Shown: one piece after another, positions 44,506-55,527 of the stretch | Position numbering within the stretch: the first letter of the stretch is position 1 | Layout: each line of letters opens with the position of its first letter | NCBI GenBank assembly: GCA_002238905.1 | Contig: MPNG01000001.1 | Location: 12,599 to 76,598, forward strand | DNA length: 64,000 nt | From: Alphaproteobacteria bacterium bin98 | GTDB taxonomy: Bacteria > Pseudomonadota > Alphaproteobacteria > Bin98 | Direction of reading: 5' to 3' | The notes under the pieces: generated by a model | The model's database searches: none | The model's input: only the letters and a program-made list of their open reading frames with translations | What the model was told of the DNA's origin: nothing | Translations under genes and position numbers: made by a program

Positions 44506-45120
44506 CTAGGCATTATTAATCCACGTACTCTTCTTCCTTGAGCAAATCCTTAGTAACATTCCTTCGTGGAGGTGTATAAAACGACAAATATTAAACTTTC
44601 GTTCAGATTCATCTTGAATTTCTAAAGAGTAATTTCGAAGATCTGATAAGAGACTATGATACTCCTGAATGTATCTTAAGCCTTGCAGAGGAGGGCCGCT
44701 CTCGCATTGATATTCTCTCTCTAAGCATCGTAAATGCACATTTCCTCTCAAGAGTGAAAAAGCACAGAAGAAGGTTAATGCATTAAGTTCAAATCTCCTC
44801 TTTAGGGACTCTGACATATCAAAATACACAACATCCCAATCGCCTATTAGATCAATTTTGTGTCAGAATTCTGCAAGCATCATATTAAGAAAAACTGCAG
44901 GATCGAGATTCTTTTCAAAATATTCTCGGACAGAATCAAAACGTTGTTGATCTGAGGTCCAGTTAAAAGCGCGCATACCTCGCTCTTTAACTGTTAAACG
45001 AAGCAATGAATAAAACCTTTGTGCGTCAGCAACATCCTCAAGAGGATGGCTCTCTCTGAAAGACGGTTTGACATAAGTTAATGATGCTCCATGAGCTTTT
45101 GAATAGATAAAAATTAAAAA
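44506..45120 (-). pseudogene. frameshifted subfamily H-like gene (N-part 44830..45120, C-part 44506..44829)
   Basis: The N-part is about 95% identical at DNA level to 46180..46499. The two halves are in different frames with stops between them. Confidence 0.5.
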
Positions 45121-45321
45121 AACAATAACATAAATTTTTTTCTCAACATGAGCATTTTCAATGAAACCGTAATTAATATTATCACTTGAAAAAAATAATT
45201 TATAACGCTGACATGTCGAATATTATTATTTTTAATCTGTTTACATGCTCATGGCGCTAAAAAAGTTTTTGAACCAGATAGACTATATTAATCATCTTGA
45301 TGAATTAAGGGTCTTGGAAAC

Positions 45322-46098
45322 TCAGTGCGGCCCAGCTCTCCTCCGCATCACAGCATCACGAACATTAGGTCCCTCGAGGTATCTGAGACGCCAAATATTA
45401 TATTTTCGTTCAGCTTTTTCATGATTCTCCACACAGTAAGCTTCCATAGCTGATAAGAGGTCATGATACTGCTGGATGTATATTGGCGGAGACAAATATT
45501 GCTGAAATTCTGGCTGATCGTACAGACAGTAATTTTGAAAAGATAATAAGAGGTCGCGACACTCCGGCGTGTACGCTGAGTTTGACGGAGACAAATATTG
45601 CTGAGATAATTTTTTATATCTTTGCGCTGATAATACTGACGTAACATGGCCTCTCAACATTGCAAAAGCACAGAAGAAGCTGAATGCATTAAGCTCAAAG
45701 AGCTCATCTGTGACAATGTTCACAACAGACTTCATATCAGCATAAGCGATTAAATTATGGTGCTGGTTTTTCTTCAGAAGCTCTTCTAATTCCACTGAAA
45801 ATGCCATTAATTCTTCAAGATCGACCATCTCAATCCACTTCTGAGAATCGAGTATTTTTTTACAAGCTTCCCCGCAATTCCCAAAATGTTCTTGATTTTT
45901 TATCCTGTTGAGCTCCCGCACACCTTGCCTTTCTACTGACAGACGGTTGAGTGCAGTTATTCTTTGCGCATCAGCAAACTCCTCCAGAATGGTGGTGGGC
46001 TCTGCTCCATGCGCCAGTGAATAGATTAAAAATAATAAGATTAATGTCATGAATAAACCTCTAATACAAAGTTTATATCCTATTCTCAGCTTTATCAA
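45322..46098 (-). CDS. secreted FC-family protein, subfamily H, with duplicated FC motif
   Basis: Signal peptide MTLILLFLIYSLAHGA at codon 17. Motifs LLLSFQNYCLY and LLSAMEAYCV. About 90% identical to 46639..47415. Confidence 0.65.
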   Translation of the reverse strand: MIKLRIGYKLCIRGLFMTLILLFLIYSLAHGAEPTTILEEFADAQRITALNRLSVERQGVRELNRIKNQEHFGNCGEACKKILDSQKWIEMVDLEELMAFSVELEELLKKNQHHNLIAYADMKSVVNIVTDELFELNAFSFFCAFAMLRGHVTSVLSAQRYKKLSQQYLSPSNSAYTPECRDLLLSFQNYCLYDQPEFQQYLSPPIYIQQYHDLLSAMEAYCVENHEKAERKYNIWRLRYLEGPNVRDAVMRRRAGPH

Positions 46099-46139
46099 TG
46101 AAGAAATTTAAAAAAATGATTGTTCCCCTCATGTTCACA

Positions 46140-46499
46140 TCATACCAACATTGGTTGTGAGAATTCCATTAATTTTTTAATACACTTTATATTAAGAAAA
46201 ACTGCAGGATCGAGATTCTTTTCAAAATATTCTCGGACAGAATCAAAACGTTGTTGATCTGAGGTCCAGTTAAAAGCGCGCATACCTCGCTCTTTAACTG
46301 TTAAACGAAGCAATGAATAAACCCTTTGTGCGTCAGCAACATCCTCAAGAGGATGGCGCTCTCTGATAAAACGGTTTGACATGACATAAGTTAATGATGC
46401 TCCATGAGCTTTTGAATAGATAAAAATTAAAAAAAACAATAACATAAACTTTTTTCTCAACATGAGCATTTTCAATGAAACCGTAATCAATATTATCAC
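46140..46499 (-). pseudogene. C-terminally truncated subfamily H-like gene
   Basis: 119-aa ORF with signal peptide MLLFFLIFIYSKAHGA. Homologous to the N-part of 44506..45120. The core and FC motif are deleted. Confidence 0.5.
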
Positions 46500-46638
46500 T
46501 TGAAAAAAAATAATTTATAATGCTGACATGTCGTTAATATTATTATTTTTAATCTGTTTACATGCGCATGGAGCTAAAACAGTTTTTGAACCAGATAGAT
46601 TATATTAATCATCTTGATGAATTAAGGATCTTGGAAAC

Positions 46639-47415
46639 TCAGTACGGCGCTCTCTCCTTCACAGCAGCACAAACATTAGGTCCATTGAGGTATGTAAGAC
46701 GCCAAATATTATATTTTCGTTCAGCTTTTTCATGATTCCCCACACAGTAAGCTTCCATAGCTGATAAGAGGTCATGATACTGCTGGATGAGCATTTCTGG
46801 CGGAGACAAAGATTTCTTAGATTTTGGCCGCTCGTACAGACAGTAATTTTGAAAAGATAATAAGAGGTCGCGACACTCCGGCGTGTACACTGACTCTGAC
46901 GGAGACAAATATTGCAGAGATAATTTTTTATATCTTTGCGCTGATAATACTGACGTAACCTGGCCTCTCAACATTGCAAAAGCACAGAAGAATTTGAATA
47001 CATCAAGCTCAAAGTACTCATCTGTGACATTGATAACAACAGCCTTCATATCAGGACGAGTGATTAAATCAGTCTGCTGGTTTTGCTTCAGAAGCTCTTC
47101 TAATTCCACTGAAAATGCCATTAATTCTTCAAGATCGACCATCTCAATCCACTTCTGAGAATCGAGTATTTTTTTACAAGCTTCCCCGCAATTCCCAAAA
47201 TGTTCTTGATTTTTTATCCTGTTGAGCTCCCGCACACCTTGCCTTTCTCCTGACAGATGGTTGATTTCATTTATTCTTTGCGCATCAGCAAACTCCTCCA
47301 GAATGGTGGTGGGGGGCTCTGCTCCATGCGCCAGTGAATAGATTAAAAATAATAAGATTAATGTCATGAATAAACCTCTAATACAAAGTTTATATCCTAT
47401 TCTCAGCTTTATCAA
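46639..47415 (-). CDS. secreted FC-family protein, subfamily H (recent tandem duplicate)
   Basis: Near-identical to 45322..46098, including flanks 46060..46140 = 47377..47460. Confidence 0.65.
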   Translation of the reverse strand: MIKLRIGYKLCIRGLFMTLILLFLIYSLAHGAEPPTTILEEFADAQRINEINHLSGERQGVRELNRIKNQEHFGNCGEACKKILDSQKWIEMVDLEELMAFSVELEELLKQNQQTDLITRPDMKAVVINVTDEYFELDVFKFFCAFAMLRGQVTSVLSAQRYKKLSLQYLSPSESVYTPECRDLLLSFQNYCLYERPKSKKSLSPPEMLIQQYHDLLSAMEAYCVGNHEKAERKYNIWRLTYLNGPNVCAAVKERAPY

Positions 47416-47695
47416 CGAAGAAATTTAAAAAAATGATTGTTCCCCTCATGTTCACATCATACCAACAAAGGTAGTAAGCACTCGGAATTTGATATCTTAT
47501 AAGGGCTGTTGAAACAAAGCATGACAAGTTGCATTGTGAGACGTTGCGCAATCTAAGAAGTCATAATAGAGAAATCTTAAAAAAAAGCGTGTGAGAATAT
47601 TGACAGATTCATATTATGTGAATGAGTTGTGTTGGTCCAAATTTGCTCTGCAAACACCATTTTTTCGTGCAAAGTACAATGATATAATACAAAAG

Positions 47696-50600
47696 ATGAT
47701 CACACCTGAAAACAATCGCCCTTTTTTTATCCATCTGCGCATGTCATCCTCTTACTCCTTAGCACAAAGCGCCATTAGCATTCAATCTGCTATTCATTAT
47801 GCAAAAGATCATAATATTCCAGCGTTGGCGATCACAGATGCGCAAAATCTTTTTGGAGCTTTTGAATTTTCATTAAAATGCTTAGAGCATGGCGTGCAGC
47901 CTATTTTAGGAGCCACCATAGAAATTTTCATGAGTGAGACAGAAGAAAACGCGCAGCTTCTGTTGTTGGCACAATCTGAAGAAGGTTTCAAAAACATCTC
48001 TTCTTTGGTGAGTCAATATCATCTGACAAATACACCCTGCTCTTGGGAGGATTTGCGCGCAAAAAATACTGGTGTCATCTGTCTTTCTGGTGGCATACAT
48101 GGCCCAATAGGTCGTCATATATTGGCCAATGATACCGACCAAGCCCTTCGTGTTGCAAAAAAAACTAAAAATATCTTTCAAGACAGATTTTATTTAGAGA
48201 TTATGCGCCATCACCGCGAAGAAGAAGTGAAAACAGAAGAGATATTTTTAAAAATTGCTATAGATGAGCATATTCCTATTGTGGCAACTAATGAGTGTTT
48301 TTACACACAAAAAAATATGTTTGATGCACATAATGTTCTTTTATGTTTAAATGCAGGTGCTTATATTCACTCAGCAGATAGACCACACAGCAATCCATAC
48401 TTTTATTTACGAACTCCACAAGAAATGGCCGAGCTGTTCTTGGATCTACCTGAAGCCCTTGCTAACACTGTCCATATTGCACAAAGATGTCACTTTTACT
48501 TAACACCTATGAAGCCAGAGCTTCCTCACTTCCCTAAAGTGGGTGATGAAACCGAAAACGCTATGATTATGCGTGTTGCTAAGCAAGGGTTAGCAACACA
48601 CATCAAGAATCATAGAGTGTGTGAGCATATTGCCCAAAATATTTACGAAGAGCGCATTGATTATGAGCTTGAGGTTATTACAAAAATGGACTTTTCTGGC
48701 TATTTCCTTATTATGTCGGATATTATTTTATGGGCCAAAAACCAAGGCATACCCGTTGGCCCAGGCCGTGGTTCAGCAGCAGGATCTCTTGTCGCATGGA
48801 CCATGGGTATTACCAATGTGGATTCGTTAGCATTTGATCTTCCTTTTGAGAGATTTTTGAATCCTGACCGTATTTCTATGCCAGATTTTGATGTAGATTT
48901 TTGTCAAGAGCGGCGTGAAGAAGTGATACATTATGTGCGTGATCTCTACGGAGAAGACTGCGTTGCACAAATAATTACCTTTGGAACATTGCAGGCGCGT
49001 GGTGTACTCCGAGATGTAGGTCGTGTTTACCAGCTTCCTTATATGCAAGTTGATAATTTGTGTAAGCGCATTCCTAACCAGCCCGGTCAACACGTCTCCC
49101 TTGCGGAAGCCCTTAAAGATGATCCTATTTTGCAAGATGAATTTGATAATAAGCCTGAAATAAAAAAGGTTTTTGAAATAGCTATGCAACTAGAAGGTTT
49201 GCATAGGCACGCCTCAACACATGCCGCTGGTGTTATCATCTCTAGTCGCCCAATTGCTGATATCATTCCTATTTATAAAGACGCCAATACAGATCTGCAA
49301 GTCACACAATATACAATGAAGTATGTTGAATTTGCAAGCTTAATCAAATTTGATTTTTTGGGCCTCAAAACACTTTCTGTATTAGCAAAAACAACAGAAC
49401 TTTTGAGCAACGATGGATATGATTTTAATCTTGATAGTTTAGATTTTAACGATGAACAAACATTTTCCCTTCTTGGCACAGGTATTACAGGTGGAGTTTT
49501 TCAAATGGAAGGCTCAGGCATGCAAGAACTGTTACGCCAAGCAAAGCCTGATTGTTTTGACGACATTATCGCCATTGTGGCACTTTACAGGCCTGGCCCT
49601 ATGGAAAACATTCCTAGTTTTTTGGCACGTAAACAAGGAAAAGAAAAGGTAGTCTACCTTCACCCTCTCTTAGAAGACATTTTAAAAGAAAGCTACGGCA
49701 TTCCCATTTATCAAGAACAGGTTATGCGCATTGCTCAAAAATTGGCGGGGTATTCAATGGGTGAAGCAGATTTGTTGCGTAGAGCTATGGGCAAAAAGAT
49801 TCCTAAAGAAATGGCAGCTCAAAAAAAGAGATTTCTAGATGGTTCTTCCAGAAACAATGTTTCTTTAGAGATTGCGGAAACTTTATTTGAGCAAATTGCA
49901 CGCTTTGCTGGGTATGCCTTTAATAAATGCCACGCTACATGCTACGCCTTTATTGCCTACCAAACAGCGTACATGAAGTCCCATCACCTCCCCTATTTTA
50001 TGGCTGCCTCTTTAAGCTTTGATATTAATAATGCCGCCAAAATATGGGAGCACAGCAAGAGTCTTTCTGTCTTAGGAAGCGACCTTTTGCCACCAGACAT
50101 TAACGCTTCAGATGTATGGTTTTCTGTTCAAAAATCAGGAGATAAAAAGTGTGTGAGGTTTGCATTAAGTGCTATTAAAAATGTAGGATCTCATATGGCA
50201 GAAACTATAGTAGAGGAAAGAAAAAAGAAGCGCTTTTCTTATCCTTCCGAGTGTTTTCAAAGGCTGCTTATGGCTGGTGTTAGCAAGCGCACTATTGAAC
50301 AATTAATGAAGGCAGGAGCTCTTGACTCTATAGAAAGAAATCGTGCTCTCTTGGAGTATATTTTCTCTGACACAAAAGAATGGATGCCGGATGGCAAAAA
50401 AATAGCAGATGACCAGCCTTCCTTCTTTGCTGAAGATTCTGTGAGCATCGTTGAAGACAATCGGCCTTCACTCATCCACAAAGGCATTGTGGATAAAGGA
50501 TTGCCTCAAAAAGCAGAAGATGAAAAACAAACTCTTGGTATTTATGTACAGTATCACCCTTTGGCGCCTTATAAAAAAATCATTAAAACCATGAATTTAT

Positions 50601-51109
50601 TGAGTATTGAAGGCGCTTATGGATTGTCAGACAAAGCGATGAGTTGTTCAATTATTGCCATTGTGAGCTCTATTACTGCTAGAAAAACGCAAGATGGGCG
50701 ATCATTCTCTATTCTTGAAATTGCGGATGAAAAAGCAACCATGAGCTTATTTCTTTTTAATAAAGAGCTGGAAAAAGTTTCTGCCTATAGCGCGGGCGAT
50801 ATTGTTGTGCTTCGCTGCTCAATTCGCAAATCGGATCGTGGAAGACGTTTTAATCTCGTGGACATACATGGAACAGAGGCGCTGTTGGCGGATATGAAAC
50901 GCCAAAATATTATCATTAATATTAATGCTTTTGTTAATATTCAAAAGTTGCTTGATATGATACAAGCCGCTCTTTTTGAAGGCGGCCCTCACACAATAAC
51001 AATTTGCTTGGAGGGTACGGTGGATTTGCCTCTTAAGCAAACATTTCTTTTCACAAATTATGTGTTGATGGAAATGGCAAAAATTGCTAATATTCAACGC
51101 AAAACGTAA
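47696..51109 (+). CDS. dnaE: DNA polymerase III alpha subunit
   Basis: Full-length collinear similarity to DnaE: PHP domain HLRxxSxYS...ALAITD, the PDFDVDFC palm motif, and FGTLQARGVLRDVGRV. The ORF opens at GTG 47591. ATG 47696 matches the E. coli N-terminus. Confidence 0.9.
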   Translation: MITPENNRPFFIHLRMSSSYSLAQSAISIQSAIHYAKDHNIPALAITDAQNLFGAFEFSLKCLEHGVQPILGATIEIFMSETEENAQLLLLAQSEEGFKNISSLVSQYHLTNTPCSWEDLRAKNTGVICLSGGIHGPIGRHILANDTDQALRVAKKTKNIFQDRFYLEIMRHHREEEVKTEEIFLKIAIDEHIPIVATNECFYTQKNMFDAHNVLLCLNAGAYIHSADRPHSNPYFYLRTPQEMAELFLDLPEALANTVHIAQRCHFYLTPMKPELPHFPKVGDETENAMIMRVAKQGLATHIKNHRVCEHIAQNIYEERIDYELEVITKMDFSGYFLIMSDIILWAKNQGIPVGPGRGSAAGSLVAWTMGITNVDSLAFDLPFERFLNPDRISMPDFDVDFCQERREEVIHYVRDLYGEDCVAQIITFGTLQARGVLRDVGRVYQLPYMQVDNLCKRIPNQPGQHVSLAEALKDDPILQDEFDNKPEIKKVFEIAMQLEGLHRHASTHAAGVIISSRPIADIIPIYKDANTDLQVTQYTMKYVEFASLIKFDFLGLKTLSVLAKTTELLSNDGYDFNLDSLDFNDEQTFSLLGTGITGGVFQMEGSGMQELLRQAKPDCFDDIIAIVALYRPGPMENIPSFLARKQGKEKVVYLHPLLEDILKESYGIPIYQEQVMRIAQKLAGYSMGEADLLRRAMGKKIPKEMAAQKKRFLDGSSRNNVSLEIAETLFEQIARFAGYAFNKCHATCYAFIAYQTAYMKSHHLPYFMAASLSFDINNAAKIWEHSKSLSVLGSDLLPPDINASDVWFSVQKSGDKKCVRFALSAIKNVGSHMAETIVEERKKKRFSYPSECFQRLLMAGVSKRTIEQLMKAGALDSIERNRALLEYIFSDTKEWMPDGKKIADDQPSFFAEDSVSIVEDNRPSLIHKGIVDKGLPQKAEDEKQTLGIYVQYHPLAPYKKIIKTMNLLSIEGAYGLSDKAMSCSIIAIVSSITARKTQDGRSFSILEIADEKATMSLFLFNKELEKVSAYSAGDIVVLRCSIRKSDRGRRFNLVDIHGTEALLADMKRQNIIININAFVNIQKLLDMIQAALFEGGPHTITICLEGTVDLPLKQTFLFTNYVLMEMAKIANIQRKT

Positions 51110-51240
51110 TTAAATCACTACAGTCAATCTATTATAATATTCTTATATTTTTAAAATTAAAAGAAAAAGCAATACTTTATTATTGACGAGATGCTTGTAT
51201 AGCATTACAATAGTTTGATTTACTGTTACAAGGAAAAATC

Positions 51241-52446
51241 ATGCATCATCGTCAATTTGTCATCTGGTCTGGATGGTTAGTAGTATCACTTTTTTATGCG
51301 TATCAATACATTTTACGCGTACTTCCTAACATTATTTTGCCATTTCTGACAGAGCGTTATGCCATGGACGGAGTGCTCTTTGGACAATTTTCAGGCTTAT
51401 ACTACACAGGTTATGCGCTTGCGCATGTTCCTTTAGGTATCCTATTGGATCGATTTGGTGTTAAAAAAGTTCTTCCCCTTAGTTTTGCATTAACATTTTT
51501 AGGTATTTTACCCATTATTTATGGAAGTACCTGGCATTATCCCGCCATTGGACGATTGATCACGGGCATTGGCTCATCAGCAGCTATATTGGGTGCATTT
51601 CAATATATACGTCTCGTTTTTTCTGAGGGACGATTTACGCGCGTTTTGAGCATGACTGTTACCGTTGGTTTGATGGGTGCCATTTATGGAGGACAGCCCA
51701 CACAATATCTTTGCGATACTTACGGCGTGTATACTGTTATACACTTTTTAGTTGTTGTTGGATGTTTACTTTCTCTGGCAGCATATATCATTATGCCTAC
51801 CTCTAAAAAAGAACATCAAAAAAAGATTGGTTTTAAAGAAATTTTCCAAATCCTGACAAACACACGTACCTTATTGCTCGCCATTGCTTCTGGCTTTATG
51901 GTAGGCGCATTAGAAGGGTTTCCAGACGCTTGGGGTGTGGCTTTTTTAACAAAAGTGCACAACGTTACCGCCAAAGATGCCGCACAATTAACATCCTTTA
52001 TCTTTTTCGGCATGTGTTTTGGCGGCCCTCTTTTAAGCTACATTGCTGACAGCACAAAGCGTTATGTAGAAACCATTATTGGGGCTGGATTGGTGATGAC
52101 AGCATTGTTCTTTATTATTTTATTTTGCTCAGTGCCCGTGAGCTTGCTTTACATATTCTTCGTCATTATTGGTATCTCTTGCGCTTACCAAATCCCTGCT
52201 ATTTATCAAGCATCAACATATGTTGAAAAACAATTCACTGGCCTTGCCACCGCTCTCGTCAATATGGTGATTATGGGGTTTGGACACTTGCTTCACTCAA
52301 CAATTGGTGCAACAGTGAACTCTTATGGAGGGATTGACTCTGTATCTGGTTTGCACGCCGGCGTCTTAACGGTACCGATCACTTGTGTAATGGGTGTTAT
52401 GCTGCTTTTGTTGTTTAGAAAGTCTCTAGAAAAAGGTGGCTCATGA
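51241..52446 (+). CDS. MFS transporter (paralog 1 of 3)
   Basis: 401 aa with 12 hydrophobic segments. MFS motif A GILLDRFGVKK. AAGGA RBS. Its stop overlaps the next start (ATGA). Confidence 0.8.
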   Translation: MHHRQFVIWSGWLVVSLFYAYQYILRVLPNIILPFLTERYAMDGVLFGQFSGLYYTGYALAHVPLGILLDRFGVKKVLPLSFALTFLGILPIIYGSTWHYPAIGRLITGIGSSAAILGAFQYIRLVFSEGRFTRVLSMTVTVGLMGAIYGGQPTQYLCDTYGVYTVIHFLVVVGCLLSLAAYIIMPTSKKEHQKKIGFKEIFQILTNTRTLLLAIASGFMVGALEGFPDAWGVAFLTKVHNVTAKDAAQLTSFIFFGMCFGGPLLSYIADSTKRYVETIIGAGLVMTALFFIILFCSVPVSLLYIFFVIIGISCAYQIPAIYQASTYVEKQFTGLATALVNMVIMGFGHLLHSTIGATVNSYGGIDSVSGLHAGVLTVPITCVMGVMLLLLFRKSLEKGGS

Positions 52447-53648
52447 GCAATAGATTAAAAGGATTACCTCTTTGGATCAGTTGGCTATTTGCCACCGCTT
52501 TTTATGCGTATCAATACATATTACGTGTACTTCCTAATATAATGTATGAACCTATTGTCAAAAAATTTTCGATTGATGCTCATATTTTTGGTCAATTTTC
52601 TGGCGTTTACTATACAGGGTACGCCTTGGCTCATATTCCTCTAGGTATTCTATTGGATCGATTTGGTGTCAGAAAAACACTCCCACCTATGATTATTATT
52701 TCTGTATGTGGGCTTCTTCCTATTCTGTATTCAGATTTATGGCTATATCCTGTCATTGGAAGATACCTCACAGGTATTGGTTCAGCAGCAGCCCCTCTTG
52801 CAGCTTTTTATATTATTAGAATTGGATTTTCTGAATCCCAAGGCCCACGTATGCTGAGCTGGTTTGTGACCTTTGGTTTACTAGGCGCCATTTATGGAGG
52901 CACTCCCACCACTTATTTTTGTCAAAAATTTGGATATGAATCTGTTCTGAAAAGCACCATTGTTTTTGGATTTTTTATGGCTTTTATTGGCTTTTTGTAC
53001 CTACCAAAAGAAGAGAGCAAAAAAAGAAAATATGCTGCGTTGCAAGGAATATGGAAAATTCTTAAAAACAAAAAAACCATTATTATTGCCTTATCTTCTG
53101 GCTTAATGGTTGGTTCATTAGAGGGATTTCCAGATGCATGGGGAGGCATTTTTCTTACGAAAGTCTACGGTCTTGATCTAAATCTAAGTGCGCACTTAAC
53201 TTCCTTAATTTTTCTAGGCATGTGTTTTGGCGGCCCATGTTTAGCTTTTATTGCCGAATATCTGAAAAAACCTATTATGACAGTCATTTTAGCAGGATGC
53301 GTTATGACAATAACATTTTGTTCAATTCTTTTATTCACCCTATCAACAATCTTGTTAAATGTTATGTTTGTGTGTGTTGGCATTTGTTGTGCCTATCAAA
53401 TGATAGCTATATACAAAGCAGCGTCTTATGTAGACCCTAACTCCGCCACCTTAGCGACAGCTATTGTTAATATGATTATTATGATTTTTGGTCATATCCT
53501 ACACACCAGCATTGGTGCGGTCGTAGCATATAACGGAGGCATGCAAAGTATCTGGGGCTTACAAATGGGCATAAGCGTTATACCTATGTTCTGCCTAATG
53601 GGTGTTGTAGTGTTAGCCTATAACTATAAAAGATTGAGGAAGGATTAA
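52443..53648 (+). CDS. MFS transporter (paralog 2 of 3)
   Basis: 401 aa, about 45% identical to paralog 1. Shares the N-terminal FYAYQYILRVLPNI. Confidence 0.8.
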   Translation: MSNRLKGLPLWISWLFATAFYAYQYILRVLPNIMYEPIVKKFSIDAHIFGQFSGVYYTGYALAHIPLGILLDRFGVRKTLPPMIIISVCGLLPILYSDLWLYPVIGRYLTGIGSAAAPLAAFYIIRIGFSESQGPRMLSWFVTFGLLGAIYGGTPTTYFCQKFGYESVLKSTIVFGFFMAFIGFLYLPKEESKKRKYAALQGIWKILKNKKTIIIALSSGLMVGSLEGFPDAWGGIFLTKVYGLDLNLSAHLTSLIFLGMCFGGPCLAFIAEYLKKPIMTVILAGCVMTITFCSILLFTLSTILLNVMFVCVGICCAYQMIAIYKAASYVDPNSATLATAIVNMIIMIFGHILHTSIGAVVAYNGGMQSIWGLQMGISVIPMFCLMGVVVLAYNYKRLRKD

Positions 53649-53650
53649 AT

Positions 53651-54856
53651 ATGATGTCTGTAAGCTTAGCGATGTGGCGCAATTGGTCATTTATCACACT
53701 GTTTTATGCCTACCAATATATAGTGCGCGTATTACCCAATATTATCTACAAACCTATTGTAGAAACCTTTGGCATTAATGCTACTATTTTTGGACAATTT
53801 TCAGGCATTTATTATATAGGATACGCATTAGCACACATACCTGTAAGCCTATTGTTTGATCGATTTGGATTGAAAAAAGTTCTACCACTAACGCTTTTAT
53901 TAATGGTGGGAGGGCTTTTGCCTATTATTTATACAGAATCATGGATTTACCCTGTATTTGGAAGATTTTTAACCGGCATTGGCTCTGCCTCCGTAACGCT
54001 GGCGGCTTTTCACATTATTCGTGTAGGATTTCCCGTGGCAAAACATCCTATGATGCTAAGTTTAACAATAGCATTGGGATTGGTTGGGGCTGTTTATGGA
54101 GGAAGGCCTACAGCTTACCTTTGCGACCAACTTGGACATGTAGCCGTTATTCAGATTTTGGTTGCGGTAGGCAGTATTATTTCTGTAATTTCTTATATTT
54201 CACTTCCTAAGGAAAAAAATCGTTTAAAAGATGTGCAAATTTTGAAAGGCCTTAAGCATGTTTTTTGTAACAAAAACACCATGTGGATGTCTCTTACAGC
54301 GGGTTTAATGATTGGATCACTTGAAGGTTTTCCAGATGCTTGGGGCGTTATGTTTTTTACAAAAGTATACGGACTTCAGTTTGATTACTCCGCCCAATTA
54401 ACCTCTCTTATATTTTTAGGTTTAGGAGTTGGCGGCCCATTGGTTAGCTACGCAGCAGAAAAAACTGGAAAAGCCCTTTGGTTTATTATCATCGCAGGCA
54501 TTTGTATGGCTGTTCCCTTTTTATTCTTTTTGGGAATGCAGCTTTCTGACACAATGCTGATCGTTTCATTGATTACTATTGGAGTGGGATGCTCTTATCA
54601 AATGCTCTCTATTTACCATGCCTCTTACTTTGTGGAAAAAAAATATGCCACTATTTCTACAGCAGTGGTGAATATGATTTTGATGGGGTTTGGACATTTA
54701 CTACACAGCGCAATTGGATGCACCGTCAATATTTCAGGCGGATTGGATAATGTGCAAGCCTTGAAAAATGGCCTTTATGTTGTTCCATTAGCCAGCCTTT
54801 TGGGTGCTATTATTTTAATTATTCGCAGAAAATATTTTCAAAACCTCAAATCCTGA
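53651..54856 (+). CDS. MFS transporter (paralog 3 of 3)
   Basis: 401 aa. Starts 2 nt after the previous stop. Its 3-prime 215 bp are duplicated at 57165..57379. Confidence 0.8.
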   Translation: MMSVSLAMWRNWSFITLFYAYQYIVRVLPNIIYKPIVETFGINATIFGQFSGIYYIGYALAHIPVSLLFDRFGLKKVLPLTLLLMVGGLLPIIYTESWIYPVFGRFLTGIGSASVTLAAFHIIRVGFPVAKHPMMLSLTIALGLVGAVYGGRPTAYLCDQLGHVAVIQILVAVGSIISVISYISLPKEKNRLKDVQILKGLKHVFCNKNTMWMSLTAGLMIGSLEGFPDAWGVMFFTKVYGLQFDYSAQLTSLIFLGLGVGGPLVSYAAEKTGKALWFIIIAGICMAVPFLFFLGMQLSDTMLIVSLITIGVGCSYQMLSIYHASYFVEKKYATISTAVVNMILMGFGHLLHSAIGCTVNISGGLDNVQALKNGLYVVPLASLLGAIILIIRRKYFQNLKS

Positions 54857-55071
54857 CGCATGACATTTTTGAACAAATTTTTTTCTGACAGAGCAGAAAA
54901 AGGTTAGCTATATATTTTTGACACTCTACTTTTCAATCAATTCCTGCTAAAAACATAAATGAGGTATTTTTCCATGCCTTTAAAAGGTGATATTTTTTAG
55001 ATAAAAATAAATATTTTTATTTAAACAATATTATTCTATTGATGTATAATTTTTTCATCAAAAGGTATTAT

Positions 55072-55206
55072 ATGTCGCTACTGTTGTTCTTATTTTTTAT
55101 TGCTTTAGATTCCCAAGGATATCACAAGATTACAGATTTTATGGAGACTACTCTTGAGCACACTAAAGCCAAATGCGCCCCTACTCATAGAGTGATCCTG
55201 TCTAGA
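55072..55206 (+). pseudogene. stub with signal peptide homologous to the N-terminus of 57609..61223
   Basis: MSLLLFLFFIALDSQGYHK... is 45 codons long. Its DNA and upstream region are homologous to 57540..57670. Confidence 0.45.
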
Positions 55207-55527
55207 TAAGGCATTTCAAAATATAAGATTCTATTTCAAAAAGAGAATAACTTCAGCTTTCTTATATAATATAGATATAGATAAATGGACAATCAGGCAA
55301 TCTTAAACAACTCAATATATCTGCCCCCGACTTCCATGATCTCGCAACATCTCCTATCTAGCTTTTTTGTAAAAATCAGCTAGTATCAATAAGAAACATA
55401 AACTAGAAATTTCAATACTCTCAAGTATAATAAAAACTTTATTGAAAAAAAATTCTCTATAGTTTCATAGATTATATTACTTCTTTACATATAAAAAGCA
55501 TATAATATACAAAATAGACATTACTTT

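Noticed and set aside
47809-50487. Several 60-120-aa ORFs on both strands inside dnaE, and 51816..53383 inside the MFS genes
   Set aside because: Overlapped by strongly supported conserved genes. Antisense or alternative-frame artefacts.
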